Assembly (NCBI GenBank): GCA_949299535.1
Contig: CASGAQ010000001.1
Span: forward strand, 3,886 to 67,885
Source of the DNA: an uncultured Eubacteriales bacterium
Lineage (GTDB): Bacteria > Bacillota > Clostridia > Oscillospirales > CAG-272
Direction: 5' to 3'
DNA: 64,000 nucleotides
Shown: in pieces, positions 38,085-48,666 of the stretch
Numbering within the stretch: the first letter of the stretch is position 1
Layout: each line of letters opens with the position of its first letter
Made by a program: the position numbers and the translations under genes
Notes under the pieces: model-generated
What the model was told of the DNA's origin: nothing
What the model saw: only the letters and a program-made list of their open reading frames with translations
Databases searched by the model: none

Positions 38085-39191
38085 TTATTTAGCATGCTGA
38101 TTTAATCTCTCAATAATTGAAACAAAACGTGAATCTTGACGGACACAATCATATCGTTTATTTTGCAATCTGTCAAGCATATGGTAGCAATTGGTGTGTT
38201 CCGTAAGTTCGTGAAAATCTTTGTTGGGTTCAGGATAAATTAACTTATCGGTAAAAATTGATGTGTAAAATTTACCGTGATCATTGATATATGCTTTATC
38301 GTATTCAATCGCGTGATAGCACATTTTTTCAAGAGATGCAAGTGTTTCATCCTTTTTACCCTGAGATATCTGATACGTGGAAATTAACCAATAATTTTGG
38401 GAGAGGCGAACATGATAAAACATAAGGTTATCCCCGTATATCATCTTATAAAGATGATTGGAAATAGTAAGCATTTCAATTTTTCTATCCCATGTGGACG
38501 GATCATTGGGGAGTTCATCCGCGAGCGGATAGTTTGAAATAGCAGTACCCAAGCAATCGGTTAATTTGTCGATTTCATCTTGAATATAAAATTCCGTATT
38601 GCCATCACCAATCCCCGATGATTTTGCAAATTCACGGCAGTACTTCATAGGTGTGAGCAGATTTACTGATTGCATAGCTTTCTCAACCTGCTTGGTGCCT
38701 CCGTAAATATTGATCAAAACATTGATTGCATCATATCGGGTATCTTCATCTTTACATTCAGCCACCACGGAAGAGCAAAGATTTTCGATTTCCTTTATGA
38801 GGTCGTTATTCTTTGTATCGCACCACAAATGATACAGACAAACAGCGAGATTTTCTTTGATCTCAAAATCTGCGGGGTAGCGGGAAATCGCATTTCTTGC
38901 GAAAGTTATCCGTTCTTCGATCGTACCCACTTCTGCAAGACGAGAGATTTCTTTTTTGATATTTGTAATTTCTTCTTCTCTTTGAGAGAGCTTATATCCC
39001 AAGAGTTCATCTGTACTGACGGAAAAGAAATCAGCAAGCGCCGGAAGAAGTTCAATATCGGGATAACCACCTTCTGCTTCCCAACGAGATATAGCTTGAG
39101 GTGTCACCCCTATAGCCGTGGCAAGAACGTCTTGTGTAATATTATTTTCTGCGCGAAGTTTTTTGATGATCGCACCTATTTTAATGTTCAT
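38085..39191 (-). CDS. XRE-family HTH transcriptional regulator with a ~300-aa helical (TPR-like) C-terminal domain
   Basis: 368 aa. The HTH_3 region reads MNIKIGAIIKKLRAENNITQDVLATAIGVTPQAISRWEAEGGYPDIELLPALADFFSVSTDELLG. The gene is visibly AT-richer than its neighbours. Confidence 0.75.
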   Translation of the reverse strand: MNIKIGAIIKKLRAENNITQDVLATAIGVTPQAISRWEAEGGYPDIELLPALADFFSVSTDELLGYKLSQREEEITNIKKEISRLAEVGTIEERITFARNAISRYPADFEIKENLAVCLYHLWCDTKNNDLIKEIENLCSSVVAECKDEDTRYDAINVLINIYGGTKQVEKAMQSVNLLTPMKYCREFAKSSGIGDGNTEFYIQDEIDKLTDCLGTAISNYPLADELPNDPSTWDRKIEMLTISNHLYKMIYGDNLMFYHVRLSQNYWLISTYQISQGKKDETLASLEKMCYHAIEYDKAYINDHGKFYTSIFTDKLIYPEPNKDFHELTEHTNCYHMLDRLQNKRYDCVRQDSRFVSIIERLNQHAK

Positions 39192-39353
39192 ATCGTACCT
39201 CCAAAATAAATTTTGTAAGCTTACGATTTTATTATAGCATAATTTTTCTTTTTTTCAATTATCAATTCATTGTTAAATAGATAAAGCAGTACTTTACATT
39301 GATAAGAAGTAAAATACTGCTCTATCGCAGGTACCGCAAAGCGCTTTTTTCTT

Positions 39354-40838
39354 TTATCTGTGATAAAGGTTCTTCGTCTGATAAACGGGGTCGCAGGTGA
39401 GATTTATACCGAGCTTTTTGAAAACATTCTCATCTACGCGGGCGAGAAGCACAGTGGAGTGAACTTCCGCATTTTTGAGTTTTTCAAGCTGTTCGAGCGC
39501 GAGAGCGGCGTTTTCGTCTGTCGCGGCGCATATGGAGAGAGCGATAAGAAGCTCGTCCGTGTGGAGTCTGGGATTCTTGTTGCCCATATGCTTAACTTTA
39601 AGGCGCTGTATAGGCTCTATTATCGTGGGAGATATCAAAGGAGTCTGTTTTGGTATTCCCGCAAAAAGTTTGAGCGCGTTGAGAAGCACCGCTGAACCGG
39701 GGCCGAGAAGGTCTGTCGTTTTGCCCGTTACCATTCTGCCGTCCGCAAGTTCCATAGCCATAGCGGGCTCTCCGGTAAGCTCGGATTTTTCTCTTGCTTT
39801 GAGCACGCATTTTCTCATATCGTCCGTAATGCCGAGTTTGCTCATGATAAGCTCTATCTTGTAAACTTCGTTTACGTCGCCCTGACCTTGGCGGACGGCG
39901 CATTTCGCCGCGAAATGACGTCTTATTATCTCGTCAAAAGAGGCTTCTCTGCATGTTTCGTCGTCCGTTATGCAGAAGCCTGCCATATTTACGCCCATAT
40001 CCGTTGGACTCTTGTAAGGGGAATTGCCGTATATCTTTTCAAACATTGCGTTGAGTACGGGGAATATTTCTATATCGCGGTTGTAGTTTACGGAGTATTT
40101 GCCGTATGCTTCAAGATGATATGGGTCTATCATGTTTACGTCGTTGAGATCTGCCGTCGCCGCCTCGTAAGCTATATTGACGGGGTGATTGAGCGGAATG
40201 TTCCAAATGGGGAAAGTTTCAAACTTGGCGTATCCTGCGCGCACGCCGCGTTTCTGCTCGTGATAGAGCTGAGAAAGACAGGTAGCCATTTTGCCGCTTC
40301 CCGGGCCGGGAGCTGTTATTACGACAAGCTCACGCGAGGTTTCGATATACTCATTTTTACCGTAGCCGTCGTCGCTGACGATAAAGGGAATGTCGGAAGG
40401 ATAGTTTGGTATAGGATAATGTCTGTAAACTCTGATACCGAGCGCCTCAAGGCGTTTCTGAAAGGCTTGAGCCGCAGGCTGTGAAGCAAAATGAGTTATA
40501 ACGACGCTTCCCACATAAAGACCTATGCTTCTGAAGGCGTCGATGAGGCGCAGAGCGTCCAGGTCATACGTTATGCCGAGGTCGCCGCGGCGCTTGTTTT
40601 TTTCGATATCGTTTGCAGAGATGACGAGAACTATCTCCGCGCGGTCTTTAAGCTTTTCGAGCATACGCAGTTTGCTGTCGGGCATGAAGCCGGGAAGAAC
40701 ACGGGAAGCATGGTAGTCGTCAAAAAGCTTTCCGCCGAATTCGAGGTAGAGCTTTCCACCGAAAGAATTGATGCGTTCGAGAATTTTTTCCGACTGCATA
40801 GCGATATATTTATCATTGTCAAAACCTGTTTTTTTCAT
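39354..40838 (-). CDS. DUF1846 (UPF0371) family protein
   Basis: Start at the ATG at 40838 after GAGAGGTG; the track ORF starts at 40853. Contains MKKTGFDNDKYIAMQSEKILERI..YLEFGGKLFDDYHASRVLPGF, typical of UPF0371. Confidence 0.8.
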   Translation of the reverse strand: MKKTGFDNDKYIAMQSEKILERINSFGGKLYLEFGGKLFDDYHASRVLPGFMPDSKLRMLEKLKDRAEIVLVISANDIEKNKRRGDLGITYDLDALRLIDAFRSIGLYVGSVVITHFASQPAAQAFQKRLEALGIRVYRHYPIPNYPSDIPFIVSDDGYGKNEYIETSRELVVITAPGPGSGKMATCLSQLYHEQKRGVRAGYAKFETFPIWNIPLNHPVNIAYEAATADLNDVNMIDPYHLEAYGKYSVNYNRDIEIFPVLNAMFEKIYGNSPYKSPTDMGVNMAGFCITDDETCREASFDEIIRRHFAAKCAVRQGQGDVNEVYKIELIMSKLGITDDMRKCVLKAREKSELTGEPAMAMELADGRMVTGKTTDLLGPGSAVLLNALKLFAGIPKQTPLISPTIIEPIQRLKVKHMGNKNPRLHTDELLIALSICAATDENAALALEQLEKLKNAEVHSTVLLARVDENVFKKLGINLTCDPVYQTKNLYHR

Positions 40839-41026
40839 ATTAACACCTCTCATAGATTACAACAAAAAATTATATCATAAAATAAGAGGTTTTTCAATAA
40901 TATATGACTTGATTCCCGTATTTTTTTATTTGTATAATTTGGATTGACAAAGATAATTATTTATCATATAATTCTATATGTAAATAAGGGATGTTAATAA
41001 ATGTTGTTAAAAGAAAGGACTTTTTT

Positions 41027-42325
41027 ATGGCAGACCAGCCGCGTGAATATTACCGCAGACTTGTGGATATGGCTATGATGGCGGGGGAGATAATGATAAG
41101 CGCGGGTGCTGAAACGCATCGTGTTGAAGATACGATACTTCATATGCTTTCGACGTCGAATTTTTCAAACGCAGACGCTTTCGTTCTCCGCACCGGTATA
41201 ACTATAACGCTTTCGGATCCTCGTTATAAGACGATATCGATAACGCGCAGGGTATACAGCGGCTCTGCGAATCTTTCGAATGTGTGCGATGTCAACAGCA
41301 TTTCGCGAGAGTTTTGTTCCGGTCTTATAACGATAGATCAGGCGGAAAAAAAACTGGAGAAAATAAAAAAGAGAAAACTGTACGAAAATTCTCAGATATT
41401 GTTTTCAAACGTTATTGCGGCGGCGGGATTCGCATACGTTTTCGGCGGCGGATTTTTGGAGGCTTTTCTCGCCTGCTTTGTAGGTCTGCTCTTGGGTTTG
41501 AACAGCATATATATTTCAAGACTGATAAAGAAATCGTTTATCTCCGATTTGCTGGGCGCCGCCATAGTCGCCGTGTCCAGCGTGGGATTTTCTTTCATAA
41601 TGCATAATATATTCAACATATCGGTCGGGTGTCAGTATATAATAGCCGGCTCTCTTATGCTCTTGGTTCCGGGAACGGCTTTTACAGGCGCTATCAGGGA
41701 TATCGTCGCGGGCGACTATATCTCCGGTGTGGCGAGAATAGCGGAGGTGCTTATAATTTCCGCTTCCGTAGCGCTGGGCGTTGCTTTCGGTCTTGAGATA
41801 ACGGAATGGCTTAATTTCGACATAGACTTTGAATTTGCGCTCGACGGCATAAATTCGCTCGGAATCCATGCTTTCTTTGCGGTCATAGCCACGTTTTTAG
41901 CCATTATCGGTTTCTGCGTTATTTTTTCGTGTCCGAAAAAATATATTCTCATATGCTGTTTTAACAGCGCTTGCTGCTGGGCTATATATCTTTTATGCAT
42001 ATATTTCGGAAGTACTTCTCTTTGGGCAACGTTTTTCAGCGCTGTATTTGTAAACGTTGTTTCTCATATTCTTGCGCGCACCCTCAAAGAGCCGGTAACG
42101 CTTTTCTTTATAACAGGCGCGCTGCCGCTCGTTCCGGGATATGGCATATACAAGGTGGCGTATGACCTGTTCAGCGGCGGCAATGTCGGCGCTTCGCTTT
42201 CAAGCGCGCTTATGACAGCAGGTTTCATAGCATTGGCGGTGCTTGTGACCGATACTATGATCGAAGTTATAATGCGCGGCGTTATATACACTAAAAACAA
42301 GATCAAAATGAGCCACAGACGATAA
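41027..42325 (+). CDS. Threonine/serine exporter family protein (ThrE; DUF1212+DUF3815 fusion)
   Basis: Start at the ATG at 41027 (MADQPREYYRRLVDMAMMAGEIMISAGAETHRVEDT). The C-terminal half is polytopic. Confidence 0.75.
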   Translation: MADQPREYYRRLVDMAMMAGEIMISAGAETHRVEDTILHMLSTSNFSNADAFVLRTGITITLSDPRYKTISITRRVYSGSANLSNVCDVNSISREFCSGLITIDQAEKKLEKIKKRKLYENSQILFSNVIAAAGFAYVFGGGFLEAFLACFVGLLLGLNSIYISRLIKKSFISDLLGAAIVAVSSVGFSFIMHNIFNISVGCQYIIAGSLMLLVPGTAFTGAIRDIVAGDYISGVARIAEVLIISASVALGVAFGLEITEWLNFDIDFEFALDGINSLGIHAFFAVIATFLAIIGFCVIFSCPKKYILICCFNSACCWAIYLLCIYFGSTSLWATFFSAVFVNVVSHILARTLKEPVTLFFITGALPLVPGYGIYKVAYDLFSGGNVGASLSSALMTAGFIALAVLVTDTMIEVIMRGVIYTKNKIKMSHRR

Positions 42326-42414
42326 AAAAGAGCAATCAGATGTGAAGTGCCCCAAAAGTTTTCATAACTTTTGGGGCATATCAATGATCGCTCTTTTTTA
42401 TTATATTTTGATGA

Positions 42415-43803
42415 TTACATCGAACCGAAAATGAATTTACAAAGGAACAGAAGTGCGATTACCGTAACGGCGATATCTTTCTTTGTGTACTTGCCTGTGA
42501 AGAGAGTGATAATTATGTAAGAGATGGAGCCGATACCGATGCCGTTTGATATGGAGTATGTCAAAGGCATCATTATGAGAGTGAGGAATGCGGGAACGGC
42601 GCTTCTGAGGTTCGTCATGTCAACCTTGGAGAAGTTTTTGAGCATGAGTACGCCGACATATATAAGAGCCGGAGCGGTAGCCGCGGCAGGTATTACGCTT
42701 GCAAGTGGAGAGAGGAAAATGCATATCGCAAAGCAAGCCGCCGTCACAAGGCTTGTAAGACCTGTTCTGCCGCCTGCGGCAACACCTGAAGCGCTCTCAA
42801 CAAATGTCGTACATGTAGAAGTACCGCAAACTGCGCCTGCAACAGTTGCAACGGAGTCGCATGTCATCGCTTTGTTCATGTCGATAGGGTCGCCGTTTTC
42901 ATCGAGCATATCAGCTTCGGAAGCGGCGCCGTAAAGTGTGCCGATAGTGTCGAACATATCTACAAGGCAGAATGTTATGATGAACATTATTGCGCTGAAA
43001 ATACCGCCTGTAAACTCAGGGGAAAAGGCGTTCTTCCATGAAGAAGGTCTGAACACGGAAGAAATACCTATCTCTGCAAAATCCTTGAAAGACTGACCGA
43101 TGGCGTCAAAGCTCATATTAAAGGAAGGAAGCTGCCATGTAGCAATATAATATATTATTGTCGTTGAAACGATACCTATGAGTACGGCGCCTTTTACGTT
43201 AAGGATATTGAGAATGACGATTATCAAAAATCCGAGCATTGCGATGATTGCCGGTGCGATATCGCTCCATTCCGCGCCGTTTATCTTGACGAACTGAACG
43301 AGAGTGTATTCGTTCTTCTCAATTATGCCTACGTTCTGGAAACCGAGGAAAGCGATGAAAAGACCGATTCCTGCGGAAATGGATTTTTTAATGCAGTCCG
43401 GCATTGCTTTTGCCAGATATTCGCGCACGCCGGTGGCGGAAAGTATGAGGAATATAAGTCCTGATATAAGTACGATTATAAGTCCCGCACGATAGCCTTC
43501 TATTTCGTTTCCGGTTCCGAGCTGAGGAAGCACGAACGAAACGAAGAAGAAAGAGTTAAGCCCCATACCGCAAGCTTGAGCGAACGGCAGATTTGCATAG
43601 AGCGAATAAAGAAGCGTGCCTATTACTGCGGCGATAACGGAAGCGATATAAACTGCGTTCCAAAGCGAACCGCCGCTCATACCCGTTACCTGGCCGGGAT
43701 TTACAACGACGATATACGCCATTGCAAAAAATGTTGTAAGACCTGCTATTATTTCGGTCTTGATATCGGAACCGCGCTCCGATATCTTAAAAAACTTGTT
43801 CAT
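42415..43803 (-). CDS. NCS2 family nucleobase permease (AzgA/PbuG-like adenine/guanine/hypoxanthine transporter)
   Basis: 462 aa. Begins MNKFFKISERGSDIKTEIIAGLTTFFAMAYIVVVNP and has about 12 TM segments. Confidence 0.88.
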   Translation of the reverse strand: MNKFFKISERGSDIKTEIIAGLTTFFAMAYIVVVNPGQVTGMSGGSLWNAVYIASVIAAVIGTLLYSLYANLPFAQACGMGLNSFFFVSFVLPQLGTGNEIEGYRAGLIIVLISGLIFLILSATGVREYLAKAMPDCIKKSISAGIGLFIAFLGFQNVGIIEKNEYTLVQFVKINGAEWSDIAPAIIAMLGFLIIVILNILNVKGAVLIGIVSTTIIYYIATWQLPSFNMSFDAIGQSFKDFAEIGISSVFRPSSWKNAFSPEFTGGIFSAIMFIITFCLVDMFDTIGTLYGAASEADMLDENGDPIDMNKAMTCDSVATVAGAVCGTSTCTTFVESASGVAAGGRTGLTSLVTAACFAICIFLSPLASVIPAAATAPALIYVGVLMLKNFSKVDMTNLRSAVPAFLTLIMMPLTYSISNGIGIGSISYIIITLFTGKYTKKDIAVTVIALLFLCKFIFGSM

Positions 43804-44196
43804 GGTTTTGGTCTCCTCAGAATTTTAAGTGATTTTGAAAAATGATTTTAAAACAAGGAAAAGTTTTTTCAGACAGCAATAGAAAATATTATATATCAAT
43901 TTACCGAAAAAAGCAACATATTATACACAAAAAGTTCATGATTCGACATAATTTATGCAAAATCAGCGTCGGATATGTCTTATTTTGAATAAATCCTTTT
44001 AAAGAAGATTTATTTGCGCGCTTGTTGACTTATTGATGTTTTTATTATAATATTATATTATGGTTATGATGTTATGAAAACAGTGAGATACGGAAAATTG
44101 CGGGCGCGGGAGTTTTTCTGTGTTGACCGATAAGCTGTAAAAAACATAAAAAAACAGTCATTATATTAAAATAAATTCCCGTTATGAGGTGATGAT

Positions 44197-45585
44197 ATGC
44201 AGATTAAATGCCGAAATTTTATTGAAGAACATTTTTCAGAAATGGTAAGAGACTTATCCGAGCTTGTCGCCGTGCCCAGCGTGAAGTCCGAGCCGTGCGA
44301 GGGAATGCCGTTCGGAAAAGGTCCGGCACAAGCGCTTGAAAAAATGCTCTCGATAGCAAAAAAGTACGGATTCCATACGGAAAATCACGAAGGTTATGTC
44401 GGCACTATCGACCTTGACCCGGATCTTCCCACGACGCTTGCAGTGCTTTGTCATCTTGACGTCGTTCCGGCAGGCACCGGTTGGAAAACTCCGCCGTATT
44501 CGCTGATGATAACGAACGGAAAGATGTACGGCAGAGGCGTTATAGACAACAAAGGTCCGGCTGTGGCGGTACTCTATGCAATGCGCGCCATAAAGGAATG
44601 TAATATACCGATAACGCAGAATGTGCGCTTCATTGTCGGTACGGACGAGGAGAACGGCTCCTCCGACCTTGCTTACTATAAGGCAAAAGCGACGCTTCCG
44701 TCGCGCGTTTTCACTCCTGACGCGGAATATCCGCTCATCAATATTGAAAAAGGAATGGTCCGCGGCGAGTTTGCGACTAACGCAGGATATGCCGTAGGCA
44801 GTAAAACGATAATCTCCGCGCGCGGCGGCACTGTCATAAACGCCGTTCCCGAAACTGCGACGGCTGTCGTCCGCGGCTTTAAAGTTCATTTGCTCAAACG
44901 GAATGCCGCAAGTTTCCCTGAGCTTGGTTTTGATTTTGAGCCTGACGGAGACAATATAAAAATAACCGTAAGAGGCACGGGCGCTCACGCCTCCACTCCC
45001 GAGCGCGGTGAAAATGCCGTTACGGGACTTTGCGCTTACCTTGCCGGACTTGATACGGACGACATGACGTCAAAAGCGTTCAAAAGACTTTCCGCCGCCT
45101 TTGCATACGGCGACAATGCGGGCGTATCTCTCGGCGTTGACGAGGAGGACGAGGAAAGCGGAGCGCTTACCGCCGTTTTCAGCATACTTGATTATTCTGA
45201 CGGTATAATTCAGGGCAAATTCGACTGCCGCTTCCCTGTTTGCGATAACCTCGAGTTAATAAAAATGAAATTTACAAAGGGGCTTGAAAAACACGGCATT
45301 AAACTGTTGGAGATTCGCGGCGTGGAAGCGCACAAGGTAGATGAAAATTCCGAATTTGTTCAAACGCTTCTCGGTATCTACCGCGAGATGACCGGCTCCA
45401 AGGGCAGACCGATAGCTGTCGGCGGCGGTACATACGTTCACGAAATAGAGGGCGGCGTCGCCTTCGGCGCGGAATTTCCGGGCGAGGTGAACAATATGCA
45501 CGGCGCCAATGAAAGCTTTTCCGTGAACAGTTTCCTCAAGAACGCGATGATATTCGCAGAGGCGATATCAAGACTATGCAAATGA
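44197..45585 (+). CDS. pepV: Dipeptidase PepV / M20 family Sapep-type metallopeptidase
   Basis: 462 aa. Contains HLDVVPAG, GRGVIDNKGP and GTDEENGS. Confidence 0.85.
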   Translation: MQIKCRNFIEEHFSEMVRDLSELVAVPSVKSEPCEGMPFGKGPAQALEKMLSIAKKYGFHTENHEGYVGTIDLDPDLPTTLAVLCHLDVVPAGTGWKTPPYSLMITNGKMYGRGVIDNKGPAVAVLYAMRAIKECNIPITQNVRFIVGTDEENGSSDLAYYKAKATLPSRVFTPDAEYPLINIEKGMVRGEFATNAGYAVGSKTIISARGGTVINAVPETATAVVRGFKVHLLKRNAASFPELGFDFEPDGDNIKITVRGTGAHASTPERGENAVTGLCAYLAGLDTDDMTSKAFKRLSAAFAYGDNAGVSLGVDEEDEESGALTAVFSILDYSDGIIQGKFDCRFPVCDNLELIKMKFTKGLEKHGIKLLEIRGVEAHKVDENSEFVQTLLGIYREMTGSKGRPIAVGGGTYVHEIEGGVAFGAEFPGEVNNMHGANESFSVNSFLKNAMIFAEAISRLCK

Positions 45586-45634
45586 GGGTTTGTTTGCGCG
45601 TTTAAAATAACGAACGGGGCAACAAACAAAAAAA

Positions 45635-45667
45635 CCGTAGAGATCGTTGTTTCTCTACGGTTTTTTT
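45635..45667. terminator. Bidirectional intrinsic terminator
   Basis: An A-run, then CCGTAGAGA-tcgttgtt-TCTCTACGG, then TTTTTTT. It lies between convergent pepV and a small membrane protein gene. Confidence 0.8.
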
Positions 45668-45730
45668 CCTGCGGGATGTTTTGCCTTAAATTTCACTTGT
45701 ATGTTTTATTTATTCCTGTGCGGCAGGTCT

Positions 45731-45961
45731 TCAGCAGAACCACCAAACTTTTTTGTTGACTATGACGCAAATAATGTCAATGAGCCAAACAAAAGGAGAG
45801 AAGAAGAAAAGAATTACGGAGATTACGATGCCAAGTACGTTAGAAGCATCTATGCTCTTGATAAGGCGGTAAACAGTCCAAACGACATCAAGCGCGGGGA
45901 TGCAGAGAAGGAGCTTAACTATCCAAGGCAGGTTATCCATTGCGGTTATAAATGCTTTCAT
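45731..45961 (-). CDS. Small integral membrane protein (2 TM), hypothetical
   Basis: Start at the ATG at 45961, 7 nt after GGAGG. Sequence: MKAFITAMDNLPWIVKLLLCIPALDVVWTVYRLIKS... Confidence 0.6.
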   Translation of the reverse strand: MKAFITAMDNLPWIVKLLLCIPALDVVWTVYRLIKSIDASNVLGIVISVILFFFSPFVWLIDIICVIVNKKVWWFC

Positions 45962-46246
45962 GTAAAGCCTCCATGTAAAAAAAACAGCGAAAATACGTTT
46001 TTCTACATTATATAACACAAACTGTCAAAATGCAATAAAAAAGTTTTTGAAATGTTTACCTATAATAAATATATGCTTAATATGTTTAAATGGTTGCATA
46101 TTTTAACTTTTTCGGTCAATAAATTTATGAAAAAAATTCATATTTAAATGTATTGCAATATTATAAAAAATGCGGTATAATGAAATAGATAAAAAATTTA
46201 ATACCAATTAAATTTAAATTCCACTTCAAAAAAGGAGTTCAAGACA

Positions 46247-48352
46247 ATGAATAGAACATATGAAGGATGGAGAGGTTTTGAAAGCGGAACCTGGACGTCC
46301 GAAATCAATGTAAGAAGTTTTATAAGACATAACTATCATCCCTATGACGGCGATGACAGCTTCCTTGAAGGTCCTACCCAGGATACGCTCGATCTCTGGG
46401 CACAGGTAATGGACCTCACTAAGAAAGAAAGAGAAGCAGGCGGTGTTCTCGATATGGACACAAAGGTCGTTACAACGATCACTTCTCACGGTCCCGGCTA
46501 CCTCAACAAAGACAAAGAAAAAATCGTAGGTTTCCAGACAGATAAACCTTTCAAACGCGCTCTTCATGTATACGGCGGTATCCGTATGGCTGAAAAAGCT
46601 TGCTCTGAAAACGGCTATCAGGTAGACCCTCAGATCAGCGAATTTTTCACGGTTCACAGAAAAACACACAACGCAGGCGTATTTGACGTTTACACTCCTG
46701 AAATGCGCGCTTGCCGTTCCAGCCACATCATCACAGGTCTTCCCGACGCTTACGGCCGCGGCCGTATCATAGGCGACTACCGCAGAGTTGCTCTTTACGG
46801 TATCGACAGACTTATAGAAGACAAGAAAGAGCAGAAAGAAACAACACGTACAGCTATGTACTCTCAGGTTATCCGCCAGAGAGAGGAGCTTGCCGAACAG
46901 ATACGCGCTCTTGAACAGCTCAAAGAAATGGCTCTCAGCTACGGCTACGACATTTCTCAGCCTGCCAAAGACACAAAAGAAGCTATCCAGTGGCTCTACT
47001 TCGGCTATCTCGGCGCGGTAAAAGAACAGAACGGCGCTGCTATGTCTCTCGGTCGTACATCTACATTCCTTGACATCTACGCCGAAAGAGACCTTGCGGA
47101 AGGCAAATACACGGAAAAAGAAATTCAGGAATTTATCGACCACTTCATCATGAAGCTCCGTCTTGTTAAATTCGCCCGTACTCCCGAATACAACGCCCTC
47201 TTCTCCGGCGACCCTCAGTGGGTAACAGAATCCATCGGCGGCGTTGCAATCGACGGACGTCACATGGTAACAAAGATGTCTTATCGTTACCTGCACACTC
47301 TCCAGAACCTCGGCGCAGCTCCCGAACCCAACCTCACGGTTCTTTGGTCCACAAAGCTCCCCGAAAACTTCAAACGCTTCTGCGCTAAGACATCTATCGA
47401 AACATCTTCCGTTCAGTACGAGAACGACGACCTTATGAGATTTACTCACGGCGACGACTACGCTATCGCTTGCTGCGTATCTTCTATGAGAGTCGGCAAG
47501 GAAATGCAGTTCTTCGGCGCAAGAGCAAACCTTGCAAAATGCCTGCTTTACGCTATAAACGGCGGCCGTGATGAGATTACAGGCAAACAGGTAGCTCCCG
47601 AATACTCCCCCATCACATCAGAATACCTTGATTACGACGAGGTTATGCACAAATACGACCAGATGATGAGATGGCTGGCTGAAGTTTATGTAAATACTCT
47701 CAACGTTATTCACTACATGCATGACAAGTACTGCTATGAAAAGCTCCAGATGGCTCTTCATGACAAGAACGTTACACGTTGGTTCGCAACCGGTATTGCA
47801 GGTCTTTCCGTTGTTGCAGACTCTCTTTCTGCTATCAAGTATGCCAAAGTTAAGGTTATCCGCGACGAAACGGGCCTTGCAACTGATTACGAAGTTGAAG
47901 GCGATTTCCCGAAATACGGCAACGACGACGACAGAGTTGACTCTATCGCACGCGATATAGTTCACAGATTCATGGAACACATCAGAAAGAACCACACATA
48001 CAGAGGCGGTATCCCCACAACTTCTATTCTTACAATCACATCTAACGTCGTATACGGTAAGAATACAGGTTCTACACCTGACGGCAGAAAGAAAGGCGAA
48101 CCTTTCGCTCCCGGTGCTAACCCCATGCACAAACGTGATACTCACGGCGCGGTAGCTTCTCTTGCTTCTGTATCCAAGCTTCCCTTTATCGACGCTCAGG
48201 ACGGTATCTCCAATACATTCTCCATTATCCCCGGCGCTCTCGGTAAAGACGACCAGATCTTTGCAGGCGACATTGAAGTCGATATAGACTGCGGCAACGG
48301 CGCTTGCTCTTCTCCCACACTCTTTGAAGGTCTTGAAGACAACGCGAAATAA
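46247..48352 (+). CDS. pflB: Pyruvate formate-lyase (formate C-acetyltransferase) catalytic core lacking the glycyl-radical domain
   Basis: 701 aa. Active-site CC is present in [26 protein letters not shown]. Homology to PflB runs to ..[12 protein letters not shown]. It then diverges into a 31-aa tail ([31 protein letters not shown]) and stops. No RVSGY motif is present. Confidence 0.85.
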   Translation: MNRTYEGWRGFESGTWTSEINVRSFIRHNYHPYDGDDSFLEGPTQDTLDLWAQVMDLTKKEREAGGVLDMDTKVVTTITSHGPGYLNKDKEKIVGFQTDKPFKRALHVYGGIRMAEKACSENGYQVDPQISEFFTVHRKTHNAGVFDVYTPEMRACRSSHIITGLPDAYGRGRIIGDYRRVALYGIDRLIEDKKEQKETTRTAMYSQVIRQREELAEQIRALEQLKEMALSYGYDISQPAKDTKEAIQWLYFGYLGAVKEQNGAAMSLGRTSTFLDIYAERDLAEGKYTEKEIQEFIDHFIMKLRLVKFARTPEYNALFSGDPQWVTESIGGVAIDGRHMVTKMSYRYLHTLQNLGAAPEPNLTVLWSTKLPENFKRFCAKTSIETSSVQYENDDLMRFTHGDDYAIACCVSSMRVGKEMQFFGARANLAKCLLYAINGGRDEITGKQVAPEYSPITSEYLDYDEVMHKYDQMMRWLAEVYVNTLNVIHYMHDKYCYEKLQMALHDKNVTRWFATGIAGLSVVADSLSAIKYAKVKVIRDETGLATDYEVEGDFPKYGNDDDRVDSIARDIVHRFMEHIRKNHTYRGGIPTTSILTITSNVVYGKNTGSTPDGRKKGEPFAPGANPMHKRDTHGAVASLASVSKLPFIDAQDGISNTFSIIPGALGKDDQIFAGDIEVDIDCGNGACSSPTLFEGLEDNAK

Positions 48353-48408
48353 AATCAAAACAAACACTTAATATTTAATATAAAAATCAATTCAGGAGGT
48401 AATTTACC

Positions 48409-48651
48409 ATGGCAGCAACAAACAACCAGATAGATAATCTTGTATCGCTTCTTGACGGTTATGTACAAAAAGGCGGACACCACCTCAACGTAAACGTTTT
48501 CACAAGAGAAACTCTTCTCGATGCTCAGCAGCATCCTGAAAAATATCCCCAGCTCACAGTAAGAGTAAGCGGATATGCGGTAAACTTCATCAAACTCACA
48601 AAAGAACAGCAGGATGAAGTTATTTCCAGAACATTCCACGACCATATCTAA
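48409..48651 (+). CDS. Stand-alone glycyl-radical domain protein (GrcA/YfiD-like; C-terminal fragment of PflB)
   Basis: 80 aa. Own RBS AGGAGG 9 nt upstream of the ATG. Sequence ..[63 protein letters not shown] carries the glycine-radical signature RVSGYAV. Confidence 0.85.
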   Translation: MAATNNQIDNLVSLLDGYVQKGGHHLNVNVFTRETLLDAQQHPEKYPQLTVRVSGYAVNFIKLTKEQQDEVISRTFHDHI

Positions 48652-48666
48652 GGAAAAGGTTCCGCT

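Noticed and set aside
43804-44196. Purine riboswitch in front of the NCS2 nucleobase permease (minus strand)
   Set aside because: I read the ~390-bp upstream region on the minus strand and found none of the conserved purine-riboswitch junction motifs or the three-helix layout. It is an AT-rich promoter-like sequence only.
48256-48411. Group I/II intron or intein interrupting pflB
   Set aside because: The interrupting segment is only about 155 nt. It has no intron-like conserved structure that I can see, and it is not in-frame protein-splicing sequence. It carries its own stop, RBS and start, which fits a two-ORF split rather than splicing.
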